A stretch of 26,795 bases of DNA from a virus. Lineage: Duplodnaviria > Caudoviricetes. Shown piece by piece: positions 6,742 through 15,118 of this stretch (within the stretch, counting starts at the first letter, position 1; the number at the start of each line of letters is the position of its first letter). Under the pieces are notes generated by a model. It did no database searches. It saw only the letters and a list, made by a program, of their open reading frames with translations, and was not told where the DNA came from. Location: positions 1-26,795 of IMG/VR virus record IMGVR_UViG_3300025663_000012; one strand, written 5' to 3'. A program made the translations under genes and the position numbers.

Positions 6742-7748
6742 AGAAAGCGCAGCGCCACAGAGATGCGATTCTTGAGGCGATTGAACTCGGTGTATTCGAG
6801 TATGCCACCACTTTCCCGGACAGCAAACACGTGCTAAAGCCAGTAACCCTAACGCTTGAACGCTACCTGGACGAATGGTTATCGGCCAAACGGCCAACTC
6901 TCAAAGCATCCACGATTGCCGGGTATGACAAAATCATTGGGCAGATTATCGCTCAGTTCGGCAACGTACAACTACACCAATTAACCAGGCGAATGGTCCG
7001 AGAATGGGTCGCTGGCATGAGTTGCAGCACCAAACGCATTTCAAATATATTGTCACCACTTCGATCAGCACTACAGGATGCTGTCTATGACGATCTAATC
7101 AAAACGAACCCCCTTTACGGTTGGAACTACAAGAAGAATGAGCCGCCCAGGGAGAAAAGAATCGACCCTTTTACCTCTGATGAACAGGCCATATTGCTCA
7201 ACCAGGCATCAAATGAGGCTCAATTGTGGATAACTTTCGCTCTATGGACAGGATTGCGTACATCAGAGCAGATTGCCTTGCAATGGGGTGACATTGATTG
7301 GAATCGTGGAGTGATGCAGATTAGCCGCGCCAAAACACAAGATGCTAGACAGGCAGAAACACCTAAAACAACGTCAGGCATCCGTGAAGTGAAGTTATTG
7401 CCCCCGGCACTCGATGCACTGACACACCAAAAAAAGTACACGTTCTTAGCAGATGGGCCTGTATTCGTGAATCCACGCACCAAACAGTGCTGGACCGGAG
7501 ATCAGCCGATCAGACGCACATTATGGATTCCGTTACTCAAAAAGGCTGGTATTCGTTATCGTTCACCGTATCAAACACGGCACACCTACGCATCTATGAT
7601 GCTATCAGCCGGTGAGCCTTTAGCCTGGGTATCAAAGCAACTGGGTCATTCAGATGTGCTTGTTACCGCTAGAACCTATGCGACCTGGATACCGGACGCG
7701 CGACCAGAGGCCGGTGAAGCTGCTGTGAAATTGTTTGGAAAAGGTTAG
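6630..7748 (+). CDS. int: Tyrosine integrase with N-terminal arm-binding domain
   Basis: TGLRTSE, TPKT, YQTRHTYAS, QLGH and TYATW catalytic motifs; N-terminal RHRERL...PTPSNLKKA...YATTFPDS arm-binding domain. Confidence 0.95.
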   Translation: MGIGVRAASKTTIEITFQLAGKRHRERLQLIPTPSNLKKAQRHRDAILEAIELGVFEYATTFPDSKHVLKPVTLTLERYLDEWLSAKRPTLKASTIAGYDKIIGQIIAQFGNVQLHQLTRRMVREWVAGMSCSTKRISNILSPLRSALQDAVYDDLIKTNPLYGWNYKKNEPPREKRIDPFTSDEQAILLNQASNEAQLWITFALWTGLRTSEQIALQWGDIDWNRGVMQISRAKTQDARQAETPKTTSGIREVKLLPPALDALTHQKKYTFLADGPVFVNPRTKQCWTGDQPIRRTLWIPLLKKAGIRYRSPYQTRHTYASMMLSAGEPLAWVSKQLGHSDVLVTARTYATWIPDARPEAGEAAVKLFGKG

Positions 7749-7753
7749 AGAAA

Positions 7754-7924
7754 ATGCTGGCAGAATTGCTGGCAAATCTTGACCAACTATGACCAACTAT
7801 GACCAACTCTGTGCCAGCATTTTCCCATGAACCCAGTGTTTTTGGTGGAGGCGGGGGGAATCGAACCCCCAGTTAGTGATTGATTTGTAAGGGTTATTTC
7901 AAGATGCTGGCATAATTGCTGCCA
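7754..7924. mobile_element. attP region: arm-type repeats, 10-bp phased repeats, IHF-like site and core
   Basis: ATGCTGGCA/TTGCTGGCA at 7754 and 7766, inverted TGCCAGCAT at 7812, ATGCTGGCA/TTGCTGCCA at 7904 and 7916. GACCAACT(A/C)T x3 at 7781-7810. AATCAATCACTAA (minus strand, 7873-7885) is close to the IHF consensus. Confidence 0.85.
7843..7870 (-). other. att core: 3' fragment of tmRNA (ssrA) or tRNA-Ala
   Basis: Minus strand GGGGG-TTCGATT-CCCCC-CGCCTCC-A-CCA: T arm plus the 3' acceptor strand, with U at the G3:U70 alanine identity position. No 5' half is present. Confidence 0.85.
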
Positions 7925-7956
7925 ATATCAGTTTGATTCCGTGTTTGGGAATCGAA

Positions 7957-8406
7957 TTACTTACGTTTGTTGTCAGCCCATCTCCGCAGCAAAGACGCTT
8001 TGTTTCGTCCTCGTCTACCGATGTTAAAGTTACTCATGTCCTGGTCAATCACATGATGCGCTTTCCGAGCCGCAACATTTGAGGGGTGATTTTTTATGAA
8101 CTGAGATTGAGATATGCCGCTGGGTTTCTTGCCGGTTTTATATGATGGAAACACACCGGCCTTGATTTCTTTCGCCCAATGTTTGGCTAGTTTGCTCTCT
8201 GGGATAATCTTGCCCTGTTGGTCATAGCCTGGAACGCTGTAGATTTTGCCCCCAACATCCACGCCTGTGGTCATCACTGTGGTGGTTTCACCAGACTTGT
8301 GAATTAATGGGTAAGCACCTCCACGCCCATACAACGATTGACGATGGTAATCTCTGTTTGGTGTTCCTGTTTTGGAAAAGCCTTTTCTGTCTTTTGTCGC
8401 GCCCAT
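7957..8406 (-). CDS. Basic hypothetical protein, last gene of the late operon
   Basis: 149-aa ORF with RBS GAGGA; K/R-rich termini. Confidence 0.7.
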   Translation of the reverse strand: MGATKDRKGFSKTGTPNRDYHRQSLYGRGGAYPLIHKSGETTTVMTTGVDVGGKIYSVPGYDQQGKIIPESKLAKHWAKEIKAGVFPSYKTGKKPSGISQSQFIKNHPSNVAARKAHHVIDQDMSNFNIGRRGRNKASLLRRWADNKRK

Positions 8407-8413
8407 AATATCC

Positions 8414-8518
8414 TCAGTAGTAAAAAACGTGCATAACTTCTTCCAGATAACCCACTGCTAATGCGCTCATGATGGCTGCGATGGCCACATAAACAAATAA
8501 CTCAGTGATTACTTTCAT
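8414..8518 (-). CDS. Small membrane peptide (34 aa)
   Basis: Manual translation MKVITELFVYVAIAAIMSALAVGYLEEVMHVFYY; fills the gap after the endolysin; AGGTGG upstream. Confidence 0.45.
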   Translation of the reverse strand: MKVITELFVYVAIAAIMSALAVGYLEEVMHVFYY

Positions 8519-8864
8519 CCCACCTGGTCTTTTCTGGGCGAATATCAATGTGGACCCAGCCCGAATACAGGCCGATGCCATAGCGATCAGGATAGCGCTC
8601 GTTCAGATGGTGGTATATCTCTGCCGGGGTATTGCCTTTGACGATAATGTCAGCAGCCTTAGAAATAACATGAAAACTTTTTAAAGCGCCACCAGAGGCT
8701 TTATTATGTTTAGCACACCGATTACCAGATGAGATGATTATCGGCCCTGTGTGCGATCTAAGCGCCTCTAATACCCTGATTAACTCATAGTCAATACTAT
8801 CCTGATCACATCCACACTGGCACGCAAATTCCTCGCGACTAAAATGCTCTGATAACTTAGTCAC
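8502..8864 (-). CDS. Endolysin, peptidase M15A family
   Basis: LSEHFSREEFACQCGC...SSGNRCAKHNKASGGALKSFH....AADI...GIGLY..WVHID motifs. Confidence 0.9.
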   Translation of the reverse strand: MTKLSEHFSREEFACQCGCDQDSIDYELIRVLEALRSHTGPIIISSGNRCAKHNKASGGALKSFHVISKAADIIVKGNTPAEIYHHLNERYPDRYGIGLYSGWVHIDIRPEKTRWDESNH

Positions 8865-9087
8865 CAGCGCACTCTATCTTTATGGAGTTAGGTGACAAAC
8901 GACTTGCAACTGCCGACCGGACGATTCTCCTTTTGGACAACCCCAGGGAGCAATACTTTGAAACTGCGATGGATGCGGTATTTTCCACAACAGTCAGTGC
9001 AGAGCAACCGGTCAAGAACAGTGGTAGAAATAGCAGAGCAATCATTGCTAACGTGAACAATCTTGGAAATCTAATCTCTTGGCTCAT
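8857..9087 (-). CDS. Lipoprotein (o-spanin-like candidate)
   Basis: Signal peptide with lipobox FLTGC and two further Cys residues; in the lysis region. Start taken at ATG 9087. Confidence 0.65.
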   Translation of the reverse strand: MSQEIRFPRLFTLAMIALLFLPLFLTGCSALTVVENTASIAVSKYCSLGLSKRRIVRSAVASRLSPNSIKIECAGD

Positions 9088-9442
9088 AGTGACCGGCTCC
9101 GAATAAACGTAACGTGAAATAGATAACAAAGGCCTGGGTCGTGCGCATCCCCAATCCCAACATGGATTCTAAAAGCACAGAATCAGCTTGTTTTCGTGTA
9201 AATCCCAGGTGAGCAGACTCAGCACTATATAAATAATCGTGGATCACACTCCCCGGCCTGATAGTCCAGTGGTCTGACGAACAATAAAAGGCCAAAATCG
9301 GAGGGATAGACGCAAAATTCGTCTTAAAATTTTTGGGTACGATGATAATATCCCCCAAATTCGTAATATAGCTAAAGCGTGATGTGAGGATGTAAAAATC
9401 TTCCCCCCGGACCGCTTCAATCTTCAACTTATTCTTAAACAC
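9071..9442 (-). CDS. DUF1353-like protein
   Basis: IIVPKNFKTNFASIP...IHDYLY...TRKQADSVLLESM...LRLFG matches the pattern of this family. Confidence 0.8.
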   Translation of the reverse strand: MFKNKLKIEAVRGEDFYILTSRFSYITNLGDIIIVPKNFKTNFASIPPILAFYCSSDHWTIRPGSVIHDYLYSAESAHLGFTRKQADSVLLESMLGLGMRTTQAFVIYFTLRLFGAGHYEPRD

Positions 9443-9548
9443 TAAACACCTCCACTATCAACAAGTACATCAGGTGAGCCGTCAGAAACACCATGAAAGA
9501 AAGCGCCAGTAACACAATCATGATCGGATACTGATGTAGCGCGGCCAC
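9435..9548 (-). CDS. Possible small transmembrane peptide, in frame after the upstream stop
   Basis: Manual translation VAALHQYPIMIVLLALSFMVFLTAHLMYLLIVEVFSV. Confidence 0.35.
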   Translation of the reverse strand: MAALHQYPIMIVLLALSFMVFLTAHLMYLLIVEVFSV

Positions 9549-9752
9549 TCACTTCAAAATGTCCAGGAAAGACTCAGGGAGCAGACTCAAGACAAGGATT
9601 CCAGCGACAAAGGCTCTCACTTGTGCCATCATGGTCCTCAGTTCATCAAGCCTTTCTTCTAGTCGATCTTGTCTTGCTCTAAGCGCGACAATCTCCCTAT
9701 CAATCCCGGTGATTTTCGTGTCGGTTACAGCGCACTGCTCTGGTGTTGGCAT
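9549..9752 (-). CDS. Coiled-coil plus C-terminal TM protein (holin/XhlA-like candidate)
   Basis: RBS AGGAG; heptad region followed by a hydrophobic tail; in the lysis region. Confidence 0.6.
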   Translation of the reverse strand: MPTPEQCAVTDTKITGIDREIVALRARQDRLEERLDELRTMMAQVRAFVAGILVLSLLPESFLDILK

Positions 9753-9754
9753 TA

Positions 9755-10027
9755 TTACTCCTGTAAGTTGTCCAGTTCTCGTTTGAATCGTTCAATCTTC
9801 GCGCGATCAATGGGTGATTTATCCTCGATGGATTCCAAATCAAACAGTTCATCTTCGATTGTTCTGATCCTCAACTGCTTAATGTCACCGTGAATATTTG
9901 CTACTTCATCAGCCATCGCATACCTGGAATCTGCAAACATCAAAATTGATACGGTGATCGTAATAATACTGACAACGCTGCTTGCCATCACTGCCACCAC
10001 TGTCGCTGTTTTGTCCATGTCAACCAC
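9755..10027 (-). CDS. N-terminal TM plus coiled-coil protein (lysis-associated candidate)
   Basis: Hydrophobic VVAVMASSVVSIITITVSILMF followed by a charged helical domain. Confidence 0.6.
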   Translation of the reverse strand: MVDMDKTATVVAVMASSVVSIITITVSILMFADSRYAMADEVANIHGDIKQLRIRTIEDELFDLESIEDKSPIDRAKIERFKRELDNLQE

Positions 10028-11783
10028 ACAGATAAATGCAAGCGACCTGTTTTACTTCACTCGAGGATGTGAAAGTCACCGGCTCCCTCACTTTTGCCAC
10101 CGTAGTCGCTCTAATGATGTCATCGGATTGCTTCATGCCCTTGCCTGGCATCGAGGAAGAAACGATCAGATCACCGATGTCTAAGTTGCCAGCCTCGCCA
10201 CAAATATTGATTTGACCCTCGCCAAGCGCATTGATCTGACCCACCTGGTTGTTAAGCAGCAATCCTTGATGTTCATCTGCTACTTGAGGTGTGTGAGATA
10301 TGCCATCTTGGACCAACTCAGAAAGTGCAGCCGGAACATGGTCTGGCAGATAGTCAACAAATACACCAACAACACCCTTTTGATTAGCGCTGTTTGATGG
10401 TCCAGCAATAGTGATCGTATCGGATAAACCTTTCCGCGCAGCAACAGACTGATCGACTACAATGTCACCCGACTCGATGGTTGTGCCGTTAGGAATAAGT
10501 ACATCATGAGCGCCAGTAAAAGGACCGGTTGAACCTGTTGTTGTATAAATCGAGTAGGAACCTTTAGCTATTTCTACATAACTACTTGCAGACCCAGCGT
10601 TGTTCGTAGAATACGCGATAGCCAGTAATCCAGAGTCACCAGTACCGACAGCACCCAGAGTATCCCAATTACCGAAAGTGCTAGATGTGCCTCCACCCAC
10701 CGCAACCACCCCGGCTGATGTTCCTGATGTGGCCGTTGTGCCTCCGGCAATCGCATTGCCACCAGCAGTATTTGATCCAATCAAACCGTAATTACCAGAA
10801 GTTCCAGAAATGTACGCTCCACCAGCATCATTACCACCCACTGATGCACCAGCACCGAGTTGCACTGTTACACTGTTAGTTGTTTTCTCCGAAACATCAG
10901 TCATCTTAGCCATCGTCAGCGCACCGGCTGTGATATTGCCAGCAAGGATGGAATTTGACGCTAAGTGAGTCGATGAAATGACCCCGGCTGCAATCTTCCC
11001 GGCCCCAATTGCATTGGCTAGAATTTTGTCAGAGGTAATCGCATTAGTCGCAATGGTTCCAGCAGTTATGGAGTTGGCTGCCAGGTGACTTGTTCCAATT
11101 GCACCGGCCAGAATCTTGCCAGCAGTGATGGCATTGGATTGAATATGCCCGGCATTGATCGTGTTGACATCAATCTGCCCGATTGCAATGTACCCGGTGA
11201 GGTCTGTCGTTGCAACCGTAGCAATAAAGTTTGTGCCATCATAACGATAGAGTTTATCGTCAGAAGTGAGGAAAACCATCCGGCCCTCTGTATTGCCAGA
11301 GGTCGGTAAAGCAGCCAATACTTCGATGCCATTTCCTGATGCCGTGACCGATGGAACCACCTGGGTCCAGGTCATCGTGCCAGAGATGTCTTTTAAAATA
11401 TAGAGCGTGTCGTTTGTCGTATTGAAGTAAAACGATCCCTCCAACAGATCAGTCACAACCGGAGCGCTGGCGTTGACTGTTCCAGAAAGTCCGGCATACA
11501 CTTCATAGCTTGTACCGTTATGCCTGTATAGCTGACTGTCTGTTGTGTTAAATACGGTGTCACCCACACTACCGCCAGATGATGGAGTAGTTGTGACCGA
11601 TGGAATGACCGTTGAGTCAGTCGCAGCGGTCAACAATGGCACACCACCAGCAGTTGAGCCATCATGGACCACCAAAGTATTCTTGTCAGTATCGACCGTA
11701 ACCTCTCTAGCTAGTCCGGTGAACGTTGAATGTTGGGTAGTTGTGCCACCTCTTAGTTTGAGTTGTATGCTCATATCAGCCAC
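10020..11783 (-). CDS. Second tail fibre / receptor-binding protein
   Basis: N-terminal QLKLRGGTT...FTG...EVTVDTDKNTLVVHDG (Mtd_N-like), ITAGKILAGAI-type shaft repeats and a Gly-rich head. The C-terminal FTGAH...GDLIVSSSMPGKGMKQ...TVAK...ACIYLCG resembles an intramolecular chaperone domain. Confidence 0.85.
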   Translation of the reverse strand: MADMSIQLKLRGGTTTQHSTFTGLAREVTVDTDKNTLVVHDGSTAGGVPLLTAATDSTVIPSVTTTPSSGGSVGDTVFNTTDSQLYRHNGTSYEVYAGLSGTVNASAPVVTDLLEGSFYFNTTNDTLYILKDISGTMTWTQVVPSVTASGNGIEVLAALPTSGNTEGRMVFLTSDDKLYRYDGTNFIATVATTDLTGYIAIGQIDVNTINAGHIQSNAITAGKILAGAIGTSHLAANSITAGTIATNAITSDKILANAIGAGKIAAGVISSTHLASNSILAGNITAGALTMAKMTDVSEKTTNSVTVQLGAGASVGGNDAGGAYISGTSGNYGLIGSNTAGGNAIAGGTTATSGTSAGVVAVGGGTSSTFGNWDTLGAVGTGDSGLLAIAYSTNNAGSASSYVEIAKGSYSIYTTTGSTGPFTGAHDVLIPNGTTIESGDIVVDQSVAARKGLSDTITIAGPSNSANQKGVVGVFVDYLPDHVPAALSELVQDGISHTPQVADEHQGLLLNNQVGQINALGEGQINICGEAGNLDIGDLIVSSSMPGKGMKQSDDIIRATTVAKVREPVTFTSSSEVKQVACIYLCG

Positions 11784-12063
11784 CTTTCAGTTCAGCTAGT
11801 CGTGCTTCAAGTTCAGCTATCTCATGCAACTTAGGGTCTGTCCAATCGGGGTTTAAAGTCCATGCTGAACCATCGAACAGGTATTTTCCCCCTTGCCAAT
11901 CTTCGGGGGAAGTTACCCCTGTGTGAATGGTTGCGTTGGTAGAGTTCATATCCCCAATAATGAAATGAGGACAGGTTATCTCTGTTGGTGTTGCGACTAG
12001 GTTATGCTCATCATCGAATATGTAAGCAGATACGCTAGTGTCGTTAAATGTAATGGTTTGCAT
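11776..12063 (-). CDS. Tail fibre accessory/assembly protein
   Basis: Between the two fibre genes; PEDWQGGKYLFDGSAWTLNPDW motif typical of fibre-associated small proteins. Confidence 0.6.
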   Translation of the reverse strand: MQTITFNDTSVSAYIFDDEHNLVATPTEITCPHFIIGDMNSTNATIHTGVTSPEDWQGGKYLFDGSAWTLNPDWTDPKLHEIAELEARLAELKGG

Positions 12064-12066
12064 TGC

Positions 12067-15000
12067 TTATCCTTTGATTAATAGTTTAGTTGCTGAGAGT
12101 GCTATCCCTGCGTAAACGCTTGGATCGCCCGCTGTTGTACTTAATGTGCCATCAGTCTGAACGTAATATTTAGAGCCTGTGGTTAGTCCTGATTGAGCAT
12201 CATCTGTCGCACCGACTACTTGAATAGTTGCTGTTGCGGCATTTGCGTATGCTCCGTCTGAGATGCCGATGTAGTTGTCGGAGGTTAGGTTACTGTCTAT
12301 CCATCCAGTAGTCCAAACAACACCCCTACCGTAAGTAGTTGAAGCCTTATAAGCAATGACCATTTTGTTACTATTAGAATCGAAAACAGCGGCTGGATGG
12401 TCGCCTGTGCCTGAGTCATATACAACTGCGGTGTCCATCGCAATGTTAGTACCTGTTATAACCCCTGCGCTTACCCTACCGTCATTATTAGAGTTTTGAA
12501 ATACAACCAATGCTCTGCCAGAAAACGAATCAAAAGCACAAGATATTTTGTATGTAGTAGCATTGTTAAATGTCACTGCTGTACCGAACGAGATGGTTGT
12601 GCCTGATACTGTGCCTACTGCGACCTTACCAATATTTGAATTACCGTTATCTTGATAGCCGAGTATTACCTTATTGGCATTAGTATCGAAAGCTAATGAA
12701 GTGGGTCCAGTAGCCCCACTGTTAAAGGATACTGGTGTGCCGAACGAAATGGTTGTGCCTGATACTGTACCCACTGCGGCTTTACCATAATCGGATGCTC
12801 CATCGTCTTTAAATGCTACAACTACCTTGTTTAAATTAGAGTCAAAAGTTGCACTGAACTTACTAGAGTAACTAGAATGGAAAGTAACTGGAGTGGCAAA
12901 TGATATGGTAGTACCAGAGATAGTACCTATTTCTGCCGTACCATAACCAGCGGCATTTTCAGAATCATTGCGGATCAATACTATTTTATTACTGTTGGAG
13001 TCAAAGGTCATTACTGTTTCATAACCGTAACCACCACTACCAAAAGCTCCTTGGCTACCGAATGATATAGACGTACCCGATACAGTACCTACTTTCGTTT
13101 TAGAATTACCACCAGAGTTTTGATAACCAACAACGACCTTATTAACATTAGAGTCGAAAGCTACTGAGAAATTAGATGTGGTCACACTGTTAAAGGATAC
13201 TGGTGTGCCAAACGAAATGGTTGTTCCCGATACAGTACCTACTACTGCCGTACCATAATTTCCGGCAGTATAATTCCGATAAACAACAACCACTTTGTTA
13301 CTATTAGAATCAAATACTGCTCTTATGTCAGCGACATTTGCCTCATGGAATGTTGTAGCCGATCCTACGCTTTGGGTATAGGATGTACCGGAGATAATTT
13401 TAACCTTTCCGTCACTCTGTAGCACAACATTACTTCCATTTTCCAAAGCACCTGATGCTGTCGCTTCAATAACTCCACCAGATGCAGGGAGATTGGTTAA
13501 GTTAGCACCCGATACTGCCGGTAATTCTGCCGACCCATTGAGTTGAACCAGTTGATTCGCTGATGTTCCAATGCCGTTAGTTGCGAGAGTTGTTAAGTCT
13601 GCATCACTAGCTTGTTTGGCATCTAACTGAGTCTGAATCAGGGATGTCACTCCATCAACATAATTCAACTCTGTTGCAGTAGCCGTCACATCAGAGATTT
13701 GGCTTGCTGTCACTGATGTCGCAACCGGTGCAACAGCCGTCCATGCTGACCCGGTATAGACTTTCATCGCACTCGTTGCGGTGTTGAAATAGATCGCACC
13801 GGTCAATAGCGCATTACCGTCATTATCTACACTCGGATCACTAGATTTCTGCCCCAGGTATCTATCATCAAAGTTGTCGTATGCTGTTTCCGCACTGGTT
13901 GCAGAAGTAGCCGCATTTGTCGCACTGGTTGCTGCACCGGATGCACTGGTTGCCGCATTGGTTTCACTGGTTCCAGCATTAGTTTCTGAAGTAGCCGCAT
14001 TGGTTGCTGATGTGCTGGCCGCAGTTGCTTTTGTCGTGGCCGTTGCTGCGCTAGTTGTCGCACTACTGGCACTCGATGTGGCACTGGTAGCGCTTGCAGT
14101 TGCACTAGTTGCACTTGCAGTTGCGCTGGTTGCTTGTGTGGTCGCTGTTGATGCTGATGTTGATGCTGATGTTGCCGATGTCGCTGCATTAGTTTCTGAT
14201 GTTCCGGCATTGGTTTCGGCTGTTTCAGCGTTTGTTTCTGCTGTTTCTGCTGCGGTCTTTGCAACCACTGCTGCTGCTCTTGCGATCTCCGCACTGGCCG
14301 CATCTGCTGCCGCACTATTGGCTGCTGTCGATGCCGTGATAATGGTATCCATGTTGTCGGCAACACTGGTCACATTGGTGTCGTTGTTCGCAACCGTTGT
14401 GACATTAGCTGAAATACCGCTTACTGTTGTGATGTCTGTCCGAATATCATAAACGCCTTGCAGCGCACCGGTTGGACTTGCTGGGTTGCTAACAGGATCA
14501 GTGCTGGCTATGGACCCATAATCAAATGAATCTCTTGAGCCATTCAGATCAGCCGCAACCGTGTTGATCGTGTCGATGTTGTCAGTAATGGTGCTGACAT
14601 TGATGTTGGTGTCATCTAATGCCGGGTTGCCGTCCGCATCAAAGATTAGTGTTTTGTTCGCCCTAGTCGCTGCATCACCAGCCAATTCCGGCAGTGGTAG
14701 ATCACCAGAAGTTTCGCTAAACCGAATCGAGCGAGTATTGATAGCGCTCTCATTCTGTTGAGCCATCATCACTAGTTTGTCGAAATCATCGTTCAGTGTT
14801 TCACTGAGCAGCGCCCCACCGGTTTGGTAATCCGATGACCTGGCGATAGGAATATCCCGGACAATGGTCACAATATCACCGGTTGTTGCACCGGTCACTA
14901 AGGTGACTGTGCCACCGCTAGATGTACCAGCACCGGACACAGTGTAATCTGTGGTTAGGGTTTTGAGTGTGGACCCGATATAGACTTTCAGATCACCGTC

Positions 15001-15096
15001 AGCAAATATCGGAAATGAGTAAGTGAAAGCAGTCTGGGCATTAGTTGCCGTGTACTGCGCTCTTGGTGTCACATCACCAACGGTCAAAGTTGCCAC
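12067..15096 (-). CDS. Main tail fibre (T7 gp17-like N-terminal anchor)
   Basis: YTATNAQTAFTYSFPIF...LNDDFDKLVMMAQQ anchor, an Ala/Thr/Ser-rich shaft, YDNFDDRYLG motif, and C-terminal repeats FDSN.NK...GTVSGTTISFGT. Confidence 0.9.
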   Translation of the reverse strand: MATLTVGDVTPRAQYTATNAQTAFTYSFPIFADGDLKVYIGSTLKTLTTDYTVSGAGTSSGGTVTLVTGATTGDIVTIVRDIPIARSSDYQTGGALLSETLNDDFDKLVMMAQQNESAINTRSIRFSETSGDLPLPELAGDAATRANKTLIFDADGNPALDDTNINVSTITDNIDTINTVAADLNGSRDSFDYGSIASTDPVSNPASPTGALQGVYDIRTDITTVSGISANVTTVANNDTNVTSVADNMDTIITASTAANSAAADAASAEIARAAAVVAKTAAETAETNAETAETNAGTSETNAATSATSASTSASTATTQATSATASATSATASATSATSSASSATTSAATATTKATAASTSATNAATSETNAGTSETNAATSASGAATSATNAATSATSAETAYDNFDDRYLGQKSSDPSVDNDGNALLTGAIYFNTATSAMKVYTGSAWTAVAPVATSVTASQISDVTATATELNYVDGVTSLIQTQLDAKQASDADLTTLATNGIGTSANQLVQLNGSAELPAVSGANLTNLPASGGVIEATASGALENGSNVVLQSDGKVKIISGTSYTQSVGSATTFHEANVADIRAVFDSNSNKVVVVYRNYTAGNYGTAVVGTVSGTTISFGTPVSFNSVTTSNFSVAFDSNVNKVVVGYQNSGGNSKTKVGTVSGTSISFGSQGAFGSGGYGYETVMTFDSNSNKIVLIRNDSENAAGYGTAEIGTISGTTISFATPVTFHSSYSSKFSATFDSNLNKVVVAFKDDGASDYGKAAVGTVSGTTISFGTPVSFNSGATGPTSLAFDTNANKVILGYQDNGNSNIGKVAVGTVSGTTISFGTAVTFNNATTYKISCAFDSFSGRALVVFQNSNNDGRVSAGVITGTNIAMDTAVVYDSGTGDHPAAVFDSNSNKMVIAYKASTTYGRGVVWTTGWIDSNLTSDNYIGISDGAYANAATATIQVVGATDDAQSGLTTGSKYYVQTDGTLSTTAGDPSVYAGIALSATKLLIKG
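12330..13330 (-). repeat. About seven ~45-50-aa repeats in the fibre tip (beta-propeller-like)
   Basis: FDSNSNKVVV, FDSNVNKVVV, FDSNSNKIVL, FDSNLNKVVV, FDTNANKVIL, FDSFSGRALV, FDSNSNKMVI; near-identical DNA at ~12719-12771 and ~13187-13240. Confidence 0.8.
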
Positions 15097-15118
15097 TATC
15101 GGCCTCCTGTATTATTAA

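Noticed and set aside
7843-7870. Complete tRNA or tmRNA gene
   Set aside because: Only the T arm and 3' acceptor strand are present; this is an att core.
7754-7924. CRISPR-like array
   Set aside because: Repeats are 9-10 bp without unique spacers and are explained by attP architecture.
9549-9551. Genome-wide TGA recoding
   Set aside because: Many genes end in TGA with ATGA overlaps, and long genes are intact under the standard code.
10020-13330. Diversity-generating retroelement suggested by the Mtd_N-like domain and fibre repeats
   Set aside because: No reverse transcriptase or Avd gene in the window. The repeat copies compared differ at synonymous third positions, including a non-adenine change, and all lie within one ORF.
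13827-14452. ORFs 13827-14366 (-) and 13874-14452 (+)
   Set aside because: Alternative-frame and antisense shadows of the low-complexity Ala/Thr/Ser fibre shaft.
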